This document shows positions 19,729 to 30,559 of a stretch of 64,000 nucleotides of DNA, piece after piece. Under the pieces are notes generated by a model. It ran no database searches. It saw only the letters and a program-made list of their open reading frames with translations, and was not told where the DNA came from. Numbering within the stretch: the first letter of the stretch is position 1; every line of letters begins with the position of its first letter. The stretch spans positions 16,849 through 80,848 of IMG/VR virus record IMGVR_UViG_3300042691_034899; one strand, given 5' to 3'. A program made the position numbers and the translations under genes. This DNA is from a virus.

Positions 19729-20172
19729 ATGCCGAATATTTCAGAGGTAGAAATTACCTACAAGACAAAAGTAAAAGCTTCCGAAAGAGAGAAGGTAGCT
19801 ACATCGCAAAGGGCATTCGATGTTCTTCGCCCATTCTTTGAAGACGTAATAGAGTATAGGGAAAAGTTTTGTGTACTATTACTTAACCGTCAGAATCAAG
19901 TACTAGGTGTACACACAATTTCCGTTGGTGGTACGTCTTCAACTGTTGCAGATTCAAAGATCATCTTTCAGGGTATATTGTTGGCTAATGCTTCTGCTAT
20001 TATTCTTGCTCACAATCATCCATCGGGATGCCTTAGACCTTCTGACAATGATAAGTCACTGACTAAAAAAATTGTTGATGGTTGCAAGTTATTTGACATT
20101 AGTTGTTTGGATCATTTAATCATTACGGATGAAAGTTTTTATTCTTTTGCCGATCAAGGTTTAATGCAATGA
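19729..20172 (+). CDS. RadC-like JAB/MPN domain protein
   Basis: E..F.VLLLNRQN, ISVGG, AHNHPSG..PS..D, LDHLII, YSFAD.G. Confidence 0.9.
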   Translation: MPNISEVEITYKTKVKASEREKVATSQRAFDVLRPFFEDVIEYREKFCVLLLNRQNQVLGVHTISVGGTSSTVADSKIIFQGILLANASAIILAHNHPSGCLRPSDNDKSLTKKIVDGCKLFDISCLDHLIITDESFYSFADQGLMQ

Positions 20173-20335
20173 GTAATCGAGAATCATTTGAGAAGTGGAT
20201 CGCTGATGGTAATGTTGTCAGATTAAATGGCTTCTTTGCCACTCAGGATGCTCTCTACTGCAATAAAATTGAATCCATGAGGGATTTATACAAATACTTT
20301 TTAAAAGAGTTTATATACGTTTAAAATTAAAAGTT

Positions 20336-21202
20336 ATGAATGGGATAACTAATGTTGATGTAATCAATGTTGCTAATGATATAGGTATAGATGTTACAGA
20401 TGATCATATCAGTGAGGTATTAAGAAGGTTTGATTCCGAAGCTAACAATGATCCAACCGCAACATGGGATTTGATTGTTGAAAATATACTGTATAGTATT
20501 ATTGCAAACTGTTTGAATTGTGGACACTCACAAACTTTATCGGAAGAGAATGTCAAGATTGATAATCTGGGTAGGCATTTGATCTGTGAACAATGTGAAA
20601 GTTCATTTGATGTTGATTAAAAAATAATTCTTATCTTTGTATTGTCTAATTAAAAACATAACACATGAAAAAAGATTTTAAAATTCAGGCTTATATCATC
20701 GGATATGGTATAGCTATTTTGTTTGCTCTCTTGCCAGTTATTTGTAGTGCTAGTCCTCAAATTGATGGGGGTAAGAACAAGAAGTCAGGCTATAACTACA
20801 AGAAACATTACAAGAAATCTGCAAAGAATCGTAGGAAGAGTCTACGTAATATGCATTGGACTGGTGAAGGTTGTGGAATTAATAAGTAATAAGATCATGA
20901 GACAAATTACTAAAGAATCGGTTAATGCTTTCTTAGAGGTTAAGCCGTTCAATAAACAAAACATGAAGGTTGAAGTACTACCAAACGTCACTATACTAAA
21001 GTTATTCGGTAATGCTATTGCCTATCGTTACAATGATCCTGAACGTACATTGTCAATAACTAATTGTGGGTGGCAGACTAACACTACTAAGGAACGTTTG
21101 AATGCTTTACTTTCAGCATTAAACATGGGTGGTATCAGTCAACGCAATTGGAATTGGTATCTAAACGGTAAGGAATGGGATGGAAGTCTAATTGATTTAT
21201 AA
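20336..21202 (+). CDS. Small early proteins (20336-20620 with C-terminal Zn ribbon; 20665-20889; 20897-21202)
   Basis: CLNC...CEQC in the first; TATCTTTG box at 20632-20639. Confidence 0.55.
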
Positions 21203-21215
21203 AGTAGTAATTGTT

Positions 21216-21785
21216 ATGAGACGTTTTGAATTATCAGATGGTAGGATCATTAAGATTTTTAATGATGTTAACCCCGATAACCCTAGGCATTGGGATAACC
21301 TTACACAAATGGTTTGCTTTCATGGGAGATATAACGTAGGAGATAAGACCTCTTACAGATCATCTGACTATAACGGTTGGGATGAATTGGAAAAAGATCT
21401 TATCAAGAATGAAGATCCAGCGATCATTGAACCTTTGTATATGTACGATCATTCAGGTGCATCTATTAGTACAACACCCTTTAATTGTTCATGGGATAGC
21501 GGTCAGATTGGTTTTGTTTTTATCAAGAAAGATTCTGTTAGGAAACAACTTGGTGTGAATAGGGTAACAAAAAAGATAGTAGATAGATTGTCTAAATGTT
21601 TACTAGGTGAAGTTGAAACGTACAATCAGTATATTAGCGGTGAAGTTTTTGAGTATACTATCTTTGATAAGAACGGAGATATTGAGGATCATTGCGGCGG
21701 ATTCTTTGGGTACGATATTCAAAGTAACGGAATACTTGACAACCTTTCGAGGGAAGATAGCGATCTACTAATTAAGCAATTATAA
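21216..21785 (+). CDS. Conserved-looking phage early protein
   Basis: NPRHWDNL, PLYMYDHSG.SIST..F.C.WDSGQIG, CGGFFG motifs. Confidence 0.65.
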   Translation: MRRFELSDGRIIKIFNDVNPDNPRHWDNLTQMVCFHGRYNVGDKTSYRSSDYNGWDELEKDLIKNEDPAIIEPLYMYDHSGASISTTPFNCSWDSGQIGFVFIKKDSVRKQLGVNRVTKKIVDRLSKCLLGEVETYNQYISGEVFEYTIFDKNGDIEDHCGGFFGYDIQSNGILDNLSREDSDLLIKQL

Positions 21786-21793
21786 TATAAACG

Positions 21794-21982
21794 GTGATAG
21801 TGATGGGCTTGGAGAAGGTACTATGCGAAGGTTGTGATGGTGAAGGTGTAATTAGCATCGGGCCAAAATGTAGTTATCCTGCTTCTATGTGTTGTGGTGG
21901 ATGTTATGAAGATGTTGATTGTGAAGACTGCAACGGATCAGGATACATTTATGTTGAATCTTATGATGAAGATTATGAATAA
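21794..21982 (+). CDS. DnaJ-type zinc-finger miniprotein
   Basis: CEGCDGEG and CEDCNGSG (CxxCxGxG twice). Confidence 0.65.
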   Translation: MIVMGLEKVLCEGCDGEGVISIGPKCSYPASMCCGGCYEDVDCEDCNGSGYIYVESYDEDYE

Positions 21983-22406
21983 AGAACTTTTAAATCGTAT
22001 TCAGCACGATATAAAACAAGCTGAAGCAAGAAGAGACGCATTCGAGAAAGGTACAAGAGAGTATGGTTTCAATCAAGGTATTGTTGCCGCTTTGAAGACT
22101 GTCCTCTTTGATATGCGAGAACTAGGTTTAATAGAAACAAAAGATTTAAATTTAAAGTAATGGAAAACGTAACAGTAAACATACTAGAGTTAGCTTCAGA
22201 GTTAGCACATCAGAAGTTAGTTGACAATTGGTCTGATTCTATAAAGATTTTTGAAGATGATCAAGCTACCGTAACCAACTATACAGATCAGGCTCAGGAT
22301 ATATTCAATGATTATTACGATCATTACTTTGAACTAATTAAATCTATTTCAGAATAATTATTGCAAAATATTTGTATAGTATTAAAACTTTAATTACATT
22401 TGTCAC

Positions 22407-23111
22407 ATGAGAAAGGTTTTTAAATCAGGTGAAAATATTCACATATTCAGATTAGGATCTACAACAAACAAAAAGATTTGTGCTGATCCAAAAGAAAAGA
22501 TTGTGCAGACGTATGCATTTTCTATACAACAGTTTGAATACGTTGTGAATGGTGGTGCAAGTCTAAAGGAATTCTTTGATCTTGCAAATAGTAATTGTAT
22601 TGATTGTCCTATGCGATCTTATGGTAAATGTTATACCCATAAGTTTACACAAGCAAGAGGTTTTCTATCTATGCTCAGATCAATTGGTAAAGAGTTTAAT
22701 TCTATAGGTGATGTCCCTAGCTACGATCAATCTATTCACGATACAATTGTAGCAATGTGTACAGACAAGTATGTTAGATTCGGTACGTATGGTGAGCCAG
22801 TCTTGCATGGTATTAACCTAGCATCTGATATTGTTGGTGTTGCTAAATCTTGGACGGGTTACACTCATCAATGGATCAGGAATCCTGAATTCAAAGGGAT
22901 GTTTATGGCATCTGTTCATACACCACAAATGGAACAGAAAGCTATGGGATTTGGTTGGAGATCATTCATATCTATTGACAGTCACGTTGATAACTATGTT
23001 AATTGTCCAGCTTCTGAAGAGGGAGGCAAGAAGGCTTCATGTGATAAGTGTGGCTTGTGTAGCGGATCAAATGGTAAAGGTAAAAAGAGTATTTATATTT
23101 TAACACATTAG
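22407..23111 (+). CDS. Cys-rich putative Fe-S/metalloprotein (Gp88 / radical-SAM-like)
   Basis: CIDCP...CY, VRFGTYGEP, WTGYTHQW, CPA...CDKCGLC...H; leaderless promoter at 22371-22402. Confidence 0.55.
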   Translation: MRKVFKSGENIHIFRLGSTTNKKICADPKEKIVQTYAFSIQQFEYVVNGGASLKEFFDLANSNCIDCPMRSYGKCYTHKFTQARGFLSMLRSIGKEFNSIGDVPSYDQSIHDTIVAMCTDKYVRFGTYGEPVLHGINLASDIVGVAKSWTGYTHQWIRNPEFKGMFMASVHTPQMEQKAMGFGWRSFISIDSHVDNYVNCPASEEGGKKASCDKCGLCSGSNGKGKKSIYILTH

Positions 23112-23112
23112 T

Positions 23113-25212
23113 ATGAAAGCAAGTGTAAGAGAAGTAATGGAAGATTACGGATTCGATTCCATTCAGGATTTGATCGAATCATTTATGTTCGAATCAATTG
23201 TGCCAGCATGTTGCTCACATGGTTGTGAAGTTGAGCCTGATGGTAAGTGTGAACATGGTTATAATTCAATATTAATAGAAGTAGGAATAGTATGAAACAG
23301 AAGAAAGCATTAAGAACATCAGGTTCGTTTTTCAATTGGTTAATGAGTAACAACGAATCAGTTCCAAAGGTTGGTGAATGGGCAACGATTTGCCATTGGT
23401 CAGACAGAGACGTATGTAAAGTAGTTGAGGTATCAGATGATCTTAAACGTGTGAAGATCGAACACTACTCAACTGTAGCACATGAGTCAGCTAAAGAGAT
23501 CGGAATGGGGCATCAGAATTGGGTGCATACACCAAACGGTAACTTTCAGACACTTGTTTATCGAAACGGTGGATGGAGAATTGAAGGAAGCCAAGTTGTA
23601 TTCACAAAGGAATTCATTGCAAAAGCAGAGAGTGAAGGGAACGAATGGATGTTGTCAAAGTCATTGACCGAAGATCAAAAATCTGAAATTTATAATGATG
23701 ATTATCGTCCGCAAAATGTAGTTGAGGGTATAACAAGACTTAAGAAAACATATAGTAAAATAAATATATTGTTCGGCGAGTGTAACTACCACTACGATTG
23801 GTCTTTCTAAAATAGTAAGTAATAATAAATAAAAATAAAATCATGGCAAGTAAAATAACACAACAGCAACAACAAATTATTGATCTAATGATTAATGAAT
23901 TTCAAAAGATTAATTTATCTAAGCCTAAAGGTTCAGGCTTAGTTGATTGGAATAGTATCAACAGTGAACTAGATGAGTGGAATTCTTTTGAGAAGAGTAT
24001 TGAGATAAAGAATCAACAAATGTTAGCTTTGATTGAATCTGAAATAGCCTCTACACATGGCAAATTAGTAGATGAGTTAAGTGATATTTTTAGTTATATT
24101 AAAACTCCATCAGTAGAAAGAGGAATTGATTATGGTTGGCATTGGTATCTCCGCCATAAAGAATGGGGTGATGATTGTATTCAAATCTACCTTAGTGTAA
24201 TTCGTGGAGCGCATTGGTCTAAGTGTAATAATTTTAAAATAGAAGAGATAAAAGGGTTTGAATATAGCGGATATGTAAAGAGGGGTATTCATAGTGTTAA
24301 GATTCCAGAGTACTCTACGATAGAGGAACTATTCAAATTTGATTCAGTAATTGACAGAATTAAATATGTTATATCAAACAAATAAAATCATGGAAAAAGA
24401 AACAAGAGTATATGGTATAGATTCCAGCAGAATTTACGATGGGATTACGTTAACTAGACTACAAGATCATGAACTAAGTGATGAAGAGTTTATGAGTTTA
24501 AGCGAGGCACATGGATTAGTATGGAGCTTAAAAGGTTTCGCCCACGCTTACAATATCGATGACATTAGTTATGATGTATACATAAGATTCATTTAAAATA
24601 AAGTCATGCAATTAGTAACTGTATATTACAATGATATCTTTATCTCTGTAACAAGGGATGACGAACCATTTGAAGTGTATGAGAATTGTCCATACGTAAA
24701 TCTTCCAATTGAAATAGCTGAAGATATAGCTAGTGAAAAAATTAATAGCCATGAGTGGGAATCTTATTTGATTCCTGAGTTAACAACAAGAAAAATAATT
24801 TACCATGAGGATAGCAACGGTTAAAGAATTAAAAGAAATCTTATCAAGTCTGAATGACAACGATGATGTTGTTATTGAAACAATAGATGAGAATGGAGAC
24901 GCAATTGATTTGTATCCTATGTATGTGGATGTAATCGAAGTCTCTGATGGGTTCAATGAGGTAAGGCTATGCCAAATGAGCCAAGAGTTTTTTAAATAGT
25001 AAACTAGAAACATGAAGACGTTTGTAATCGTAGATGAATTTGATAATCATTGCTTTAGTAATCATGAGTTTAATTCATACGAAGATGCTTGGGATTTTTT
25101 ATACGTTAAGTTTCCAGTCATTCGAAATGAAGATGGGACTCAAGATGACAGAGAAGAGGAATTAGATTCATATTTTGTAATATTAAAAACAAGTAACAAT
25201 GAAAACAATTGA
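23113..25212 (+). CDS. Run of small hypothetical early proteins (23113, 23292, 23843, ~24389, 24606, 24805, 25012)
   Basis: Tightly packed co-oriented ORFs. Confidence 0.55.
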
Positions 25213-25555
25213 AGAAAAAAACAGAATGATTTCTGAGTTTATGGGATACGAAACTTATGAACATACGAATAGTATATCCATAAGAATAACGGAAGGAAAC
25301 GAATTTAATTCCTCAGATATTGGACACGTACATACAAAATTCCACACATCTTGGGATTGGTTGATGCCAGTAATTGAGAAGATAGAAAGGTTGGGATTTA
25401 CTGTAGAGAAAAACTTTCAACCTATAGATAACGATTGGCAATGTCTAGTAGTAAAAGGTAACGATATATTGTTTCAGGAATTTAACGAGCAGTCAATACA
25501 AGCTATGCACTATGTGGTTGTTGAATTTATCGAAATGTATAACCAAAAAAACTAG
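25199..25555 (+). CDS. Paralog 1 of the MKTIEEKNRMI / SWDWLMPV family
   Basis: 118 aa; constant blocks shared with the next two genes. Confidence 0.8.
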   Translation: MKTIEEKNRMISEFMGYETYEHTNSISIRITEGNEFNSSDIGHVHTKFHTSWDWLMPVIEKIERLGFTVEKNFQPIDNDWQCLVVKGNDILFQEFNEQSIQAMHYVVVEFIEMYNQKN

Positions 25556-25559
25556 AAGT

Positions 25560-25868
25560 ATGAAAACAATTGAAGAAAAAAACAGAATGATTTCTGAGTT
25601 TATGGGTATGCAAGAGACTAAAATAGGATGGTATGACGCTGAAGAAAACCTGCCACTCGAATATACAACTGATAATACATTTGACGAGTTGTTATTTAAT
25701 AAGTCTTGGGATTGGTTGATGCCAGTAGTAGCTAAAATAACAAGGGATGAAGAATTCATTGATGATGATTTTAGAGAATCCGTATTAGATGTTGTTGGAT
25801 TTGGTCGTATAGATGATACCTATAGAGTAGTAGTAGAATTCATCGAAATGTATAACCAACAAAACTAG
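25560..25868 (+). CDS. Paralog 2 of the same family
   Basis: Likely start ATG 25560; first 47 nt identical to paralog 1; 102 aa. Confidence 0.8.
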   Translation: MKTIEEKNRMISEFMGMQETKIGWYDAEENLPLEYTTDNTFDELLFNKSWDWLMPVVAKITRDEEFIDDDFRESVLDVVGFGRIDDTYRVVVEFIEMYNQQN

Positions 25869-25872
25869 AAAC

Positions 25873-26229
25873 ATGAAAACAATTGAAGAAAAAAACAGAA
25901 TGATTGCAGAGTTTATGGGGTTCATAAAGGATGATGAGAATTTATACCTTATAAACGACTACAGACTCAGAAGTGAGTCAGAGTATCAAGCAACTTACGT
26001 TAGTGAAATGAAATTCCACATCTCATGGGATTGGCTTATGCCAGTAGTTGAGAAGATTGAGAACATTGGATTCAGCGTGAAGATTCAGCGACTTAAGACA
26101 AGCATTCACCCTCTAGTTGAAGACAAGGAGTTGTTTGGTTTTGTGTGCGGTGATGTATCTAAGAAACTTGAAATTACATACGACACGATTGTGCAATTCA
26201 TCGAATTTTATAACCAAAAAAACAAGTAA
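25873..26229 (+). CDS. Paralog 3 of the same family
   Basis: 118 aa; same N-terminal, middle and C-terminal blocks. Confidence 0.8.
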   Translation: MKTIEEKNRMIAEFMGFIKDDENLYLINDYRLRSESEYQATYVSEMKFHISWDWLMPVVEKIENIGFSVKIQRLKTSIHPLVEDKELFGFVCGDVSKKLEITYDTIVQFIEFYNQKNK

Positions 26230-26231
26230 CC

Positions 26232-26411
26232 ATGAGAATTACAGAACAACCAATTACAGCAGATAACTTGTTTGAGCAAATGGCTCTTATGACTAAAAAG
26301 AAACTTGTTGAGCAAGGGGTATTGCCTTCTGATGCTGACAAGATTGCTATTGAGTTTGTAAAAGAACGTGGAGAAAAAGTTATTAAAAACGTAGTTAACA
26401 AAGACAAGTAA
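26232..26411 (+). CDS. 59-aa hypothetical protein between junction repeats
   Basis: Hand translation MRITEQPITADNLFEQ...VVNKDK*. Confidence 0.6.
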   Translation: MRITEQPITADNLFEQMALMTKKKLVEQGVLPSDADKIAIEFVKERGEKVIKNVVNKDK

Positions 26412-28336
26412 TGACAGCAGAACAGCAAGCAGAAAAACTAATTGATGAAGCGTATCAATATGCACCATCTTCAGGAGGAACAAAAGAAGCAATTTCTATA
26501 ATGATTGCAATTTGGTGTGCAGAAAAAATAGCATCAAGTATTGGTTTTTCTGTTAATGATGAATATTGGTCTGATGTAATTAAATACCTAAACAACAAGA
26601 ATAGTATTAACCAAAAAACAAGTAACCATGAAGAGATTCAGAACACTATACCTGATAGAACATGCTGATCACATGTATGGAACAATGCATGTATGTGCAT
26701 TAACTAGACGAGCAAGTCTTAAGTACTTCATATGTATTCAAGGAGAGATCCATGAATTTGGAGATGACGATAGCTACAAAGTATGGGAGAATAACATATT
26801 GAATGTTGTTGAGAAAGCTAGAGAAATTTGTGAGAAAAATAACTTTGACCTCTGGTCTTATTAAACTATGGAAATGAGTGAAAAAAATTTGATCAGAACA
26901 CTATTGTTCTACAGTGAGATGCTGTCAGACAAAAGAAAATCAGAAGAGTTTCAAAAAGAAATGGAAAACTTAGGATTGACGTTCGACTATTATGTTCGGG
27001 CGATGGAACAAGCAAGAGAATATTTAAACAAATAGTTATGGAAACAAGTAGAGAAATTGCAATTGCTAACGCAAAGTTAGTATTGAAACAAGCAGGTTAT
27101 TTCGTTGACAATCTTTGGCACATTGATGACGTTAAACTACGTTACAATTGTACAGACAATGATCAGGCCCAGGATATTTTAAATGGTGCGTTAACCAATG
27201 ATGCCACTATGGGGCAAATATGGTTTGCAATTGATATGGTTGCACAAGATGAAGGTTTAACTCTAAAAGATTAGTTATGAAAGATAATATCTATCACGTA
27301 TCCGTATTGCCATACAGACATGGTATATACAAAGTTGCCGTTGAGATGAACAACGGTATGAAAGTTACATTAGTAGTAACAGACATGGAGATCATTGATC
27401 AATGGAAGGATGGTAACCAAGAGCCTTTATATGAATATATTTTAAGACGAGTACAATGAGTAGAGCATTCAAAGTAAGATTCCATCTAGGACTAGGTGAT
27501 AACTTTATGAAATGGCGTGTAGAGAATATGAATACAAATGAGGTTCAGTTCTTTGATCCTCAAGTTTACTCCATAAAAATGAATGACTGTAAGCTACACA
27601 ATCAAAGAGGATCTGCTGAAAAGATCTTTGATGGCGGATATAAAACAGTATGCGCATGGATCATGGCATCTAGGATTCAGCTATTGATTGGTGATTCTGG
27701 AGACAATATTCCAGTCAGCAAAAGGCTTATGTATAATCCTAGAGTTACACCTAATTGGACTGACAGTAAGAATACTAACATCGACAAGAAAGAGTTTAAG
27801 TCTCTTGTTACTTGTGGTAAAAAATTATTTATAAATGGCTGATATTAAAAAATTAGTAGCAGAGAAGATTCAAAATGATCTGCGAGAAAACAATACAGAT
27901 AGTCTATATGACCTTCTAGTATACATAGAATATTCAGATCTGCTTAAGTTTATACCAAAAGATTTGTGGCATAAATTCAGCAAAGGTTTTTGTTGTGATG
28001 CTTGTCAGGAGTCAGTATTTCCATGGGATGTCTTTAGGGGTGTAGAAGGAAAAGATTTATGTGTTACTTGTCTGTTCGAAGTTAAAACACCAACTGACCT
28101 TAGACTTGGTAAACTGTTAAACGATGATAGTGATGGGGATGAGACGAAGGGGTAGAATGACTAGAACGATGCTACTATTAAAAGCTTTACAAATACTATT
28201 AGCATTAGAAGGTATCTTTATATTAGTAAATGCGATTAAGCTATCTGGTAATCAATTCTTTCAGGTATTTATAGGATCTGGGACTATTATAGTAGCAGCA
28301 CTATTTTCAAAAATAAAAGGTTTAGAAGATGACTAG
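26411..28336 (+). CDS. Run of small hypothetical proteins (26411, 26628, 27038, 27277, 27456, 27835, ~28157)
   Basis: Coupled co-oriented ORFs. Confidence 0.55.
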
Positions 28337-28697
28337 AATAAACTGTGGTATACCACCAAAGACTCTGCACAATAAGCATTTGATTGCTGAGCATAGAGAG
28401 ATAAAAAGAATACCTAATGTAATAAAGTCTGGTAGGTATTCACTTAAAAATCAGCCTCTTATATTTACACTCGGTGAAGGTCACGTTAAATTTTTCTATG
28501 ATAAATTAGAGTTCCTAAGAAAAAGATACATATCTTTGTATGACGAATGCATAGCTAGAGGTTTTAACGTAACCAACTACATTGATGCGTGGGATAACAT
28601 TCCTGATAAATTCATGAATGACTATTCACCTACGTCCAATGATACAAGAATTGTGCAAGAAAGAATTAACGAAAGAATTAAAAACTTTAAGCAATGA
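28329..28697 (+). CDS. denV: Pyrimidine-dimer DNA glycosylase (T4 endonuclease V family)
   Basis: MTRIN N-terminus, HLIAEHREI, FTLGEGHVKFFYDKL. Confidence 0.9.
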   Translation: MTRINCGIPPKTLHNKHLIAEHREIKRIPNVIKSGRYSLKNQPLIFTLGEGHVKFFYDKLEFLRKRYISLYDECIARGFNVTNYIDAWDNIPDKFMNDYSPTSNDTRIVQERINERIKNFKQ

Positions 28698-29289
28698 GTT
28701 ATCCAGAAATAGTACAGAACATTATTGATAATACTGGCGATACATACTCAGAATGTAAGCAAGCGATAATGGATCTAAATAGAAATGGTTGGACAGCAGA
28801 AATGGATTTAAGTGGAGAGTTGTACCATGTAAGGCCAATGTTTGTAAAGGTTGAAATTCCTTATGTAGAGAATGAAGACACTGGAGAGTTGTCTATCTCT
28901 TTAAAAGCATTAGAAGAAATTATTGAAGAAGAAATTAAAAAAGTAAAAAGAATATTATGACAGAGATTTTAGATAGAAGAGTTTACTATTCAATGAAGGA
29001 TAGGAGAATATCCACATTGGACTTACATTCAGCTTTGGAAAAAGTTGGTGTAGACATTCCAAAAAGAACATTGCAATATCATCTTGACAATGATTTCAGA
29101 ACCACAACTGATGAAAGGTTAAAGTATGTAGCAACGTACATGATCAGGAATTACGATAATTTGATTGAAGAACTAAAAAATAAAGTAGAAAAACATGGAG
29201 CCTAATTTAATTCAGAAGATTGCGATGGCCGTAATATACGTACCATTTTTAATACTTGTTATTGATCAATTACTTAAAAAACTAAAAGG

Positions 29290-29808
29290 ATGAAAAATTT
29301 AAATACTAATAATATCGTAAAGCTGGTTACGATAATCTTTATGATTATAATAACAGTACTGTATGTAACTGAAGACAAAGAGAAAGTTAAGGTTATAGTA
29401 ATTCAAAAAGAGGCTGTTAAAGATACAGTTGAGCATAACATTATATCAAAGGAGTCACTGATGAATTGTTTAAATGATTTCAAGGTAAAGTTTCCTCATA
29501 TTGTATTGGCGCAAGCTGTTCTTGAGTCTGGTCATTTTAAATCTGATGTATTCCTTAGTCACAATAATCTTTTTGGAATGAAGATAGCAGGATCTAGACC
29601 TACAACAGCATTAAACAGTGGATCTGGATATGCAAAGTATGAAAGCTGGATGATGTCTGTACTTGACTATGCTTTATTTCAGTCAGCATTTATGAGAAAG
29701 ATAAATACTGAGGCAGAGTACTTTAAGTATTTAGCAAAGAATTATGCTCAGGATCCTGGGTACATTAGTAAACTAAAAGAGATAGCATCAGAATGGAATC
29801 AGCACTAG
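29290..29808 (+). CDS. GH73 glucosaminidase (FlgJ-like) peptidoglycan hydrolase with N-terminal TM anchor
   Basis: AQAVLESG, NNLFGMK, YAQDPGY; N-terminal hydrophobic helix. Confidence 0.85.
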   Translation: MKNLNTNNIVKLVTIIFMIIITVLYVTEDKEKVKVIVIQKEAVKDTVEHNIISKESLMNCLNDFKVKFPHIVLAQAVLESGHFKSDVFLSHNNLFGMKIAGSRPTTALNSGSGYAKYESWMMSVLDYALFQSAFMRKINTEAEYFKYLAKNYAQDPGYISKLKEIASEWNQH

Positions 29809-30041
29809 ACTTTTTCAGAAGAGGGGAATCAATACTTAGAATTGAACTCCAAGATAATGAGATTACACTTGGTGAGTATGCTGTTAAGCACTCTATGCTT
29901 TACCAAAAGGCTAAAGAGATGGATAAAGAGCAAAGAGAAAAAATATTTAAACAAGCACAAGAATGTTCGGTTAAAGCTGACGGTGTTTATTTTAAATATG
30001 AATTTTTTGAGCAATTAGATGAAACCTTTAAATCAGAATAG
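29793..30041 (+). CDS. Small protein ending in TFKSE
   Basis: KAKEMDKEQ middle block; C-terminus DETFKSE encoded by the junction repeat. Confidence 0.7.
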   Translation: MESALDFFRRGESILRIELQDNEITLGEYAVKHSMLYQKAKEMDKEQREKIFKQAQECSVKADGVYFKYEFFEQLDETFKSE

Positions 30042-30042
30042 T

Positions 30043-30312
30043 ATGAAACAGTTTATTTTAATAATCCTAACATTCATATTGTTTGGATGTTCTAAAGAAC
30101 CTAAACAGGTTTATGATACAGAGATTAAGACTTATAGAATTAGTCATAAAGAAGAAGAGCATCATAAGCTTTCCAATGCTTACTATATACACTTTCAAAC
30201 TCCAACTTCAACTGAGAGAGCTGAGGTTAGCCAATCAAACTATAATAAGTATAAAGTAGGCGATACTATTCAAGTGTTAATTAAGTATTGGGAAAAACCT
30301 AAAAAGAAGTGA
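30043..30312 (+). CDS. Putative lipoprotein
   Basis: Start ATG lies inside the junction repeat; MKQFILIILTFILFG-C lipobox. Confidence 0.65.
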   Translation: MKQFILIILTFILFGCSKEPKQVYDTEIKTYRISHKEEEHHKLSNAYYIHFQTPTSTERAEVSQSNYNKYKVGDTIQVLIKYWEKPKKK

Positions 30313-30313
30313 T

Positions 30314-30559
30314 ATGGCAAATAAACAGCAGACAGCAGTAGAATGGTTGGAGCAAGAACTTTTAAAACCTAATATAGTTATATCTACTATAATTGATAAA
30401 GCCAAAGCAATGGAGAAGGAGCAATGTTTAAAGATGTTGCCTTATGATTTGAATGAGTTGGCTGAAAAAGCTTGTCCTGATGTAATATCTTCTGCTCATT
30501 CAGCATATAAAGCAGGCTTCCAAAAAGCAATTGAGTTATTAACCTTTAAATCAGAATAA
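30314..30559 (+). CDS. QTAVEWL...TFKSE family small protein
   Basis: Blocks QTAVEWL, AKAMEKEQ, TFKSE. Confidence 0.75.
   Translation: MANKQQTAVEWLEQELLKPNIVISTIIDKAKAMEKEQCLKMLPYDLNELAEKACPDVISSAHSAYKAGFQKAIELLTFKSE

Larger units (their letters stand above)
25001..26630 (+). repeat. Gene-junction repeat family A (AACCAAAAAAAC(A/T)AG..ATG and variants)
   Basis: Copies near 25001, 25185, 25541, 25854, 26212, 26397 and 26609, each ending at an ATG. Confidence 0.75.

Noticed and set aside
18190-20900. GATC immediately before several early ATGs (18197, 18657, 19729, 20897)
   Set aside because: Only four cases and GATC is common across the window; cannot be distinguished from chance without counting.
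22418-22427. TTTAAATCAG partial match to junction repeat B (also AAATCAGAA near 31705)
   Set aside because: Inside coding sequence, lacks the stop+ATG half, and is plausible by chance in AT-rich DNA.
25199-26229. Diversity-generating retroelement template/variable repeat pair
   Set aside because: Differences are whole-block replacements, not adenine-specific substitutions, and no reverse transcriptase is in the window.
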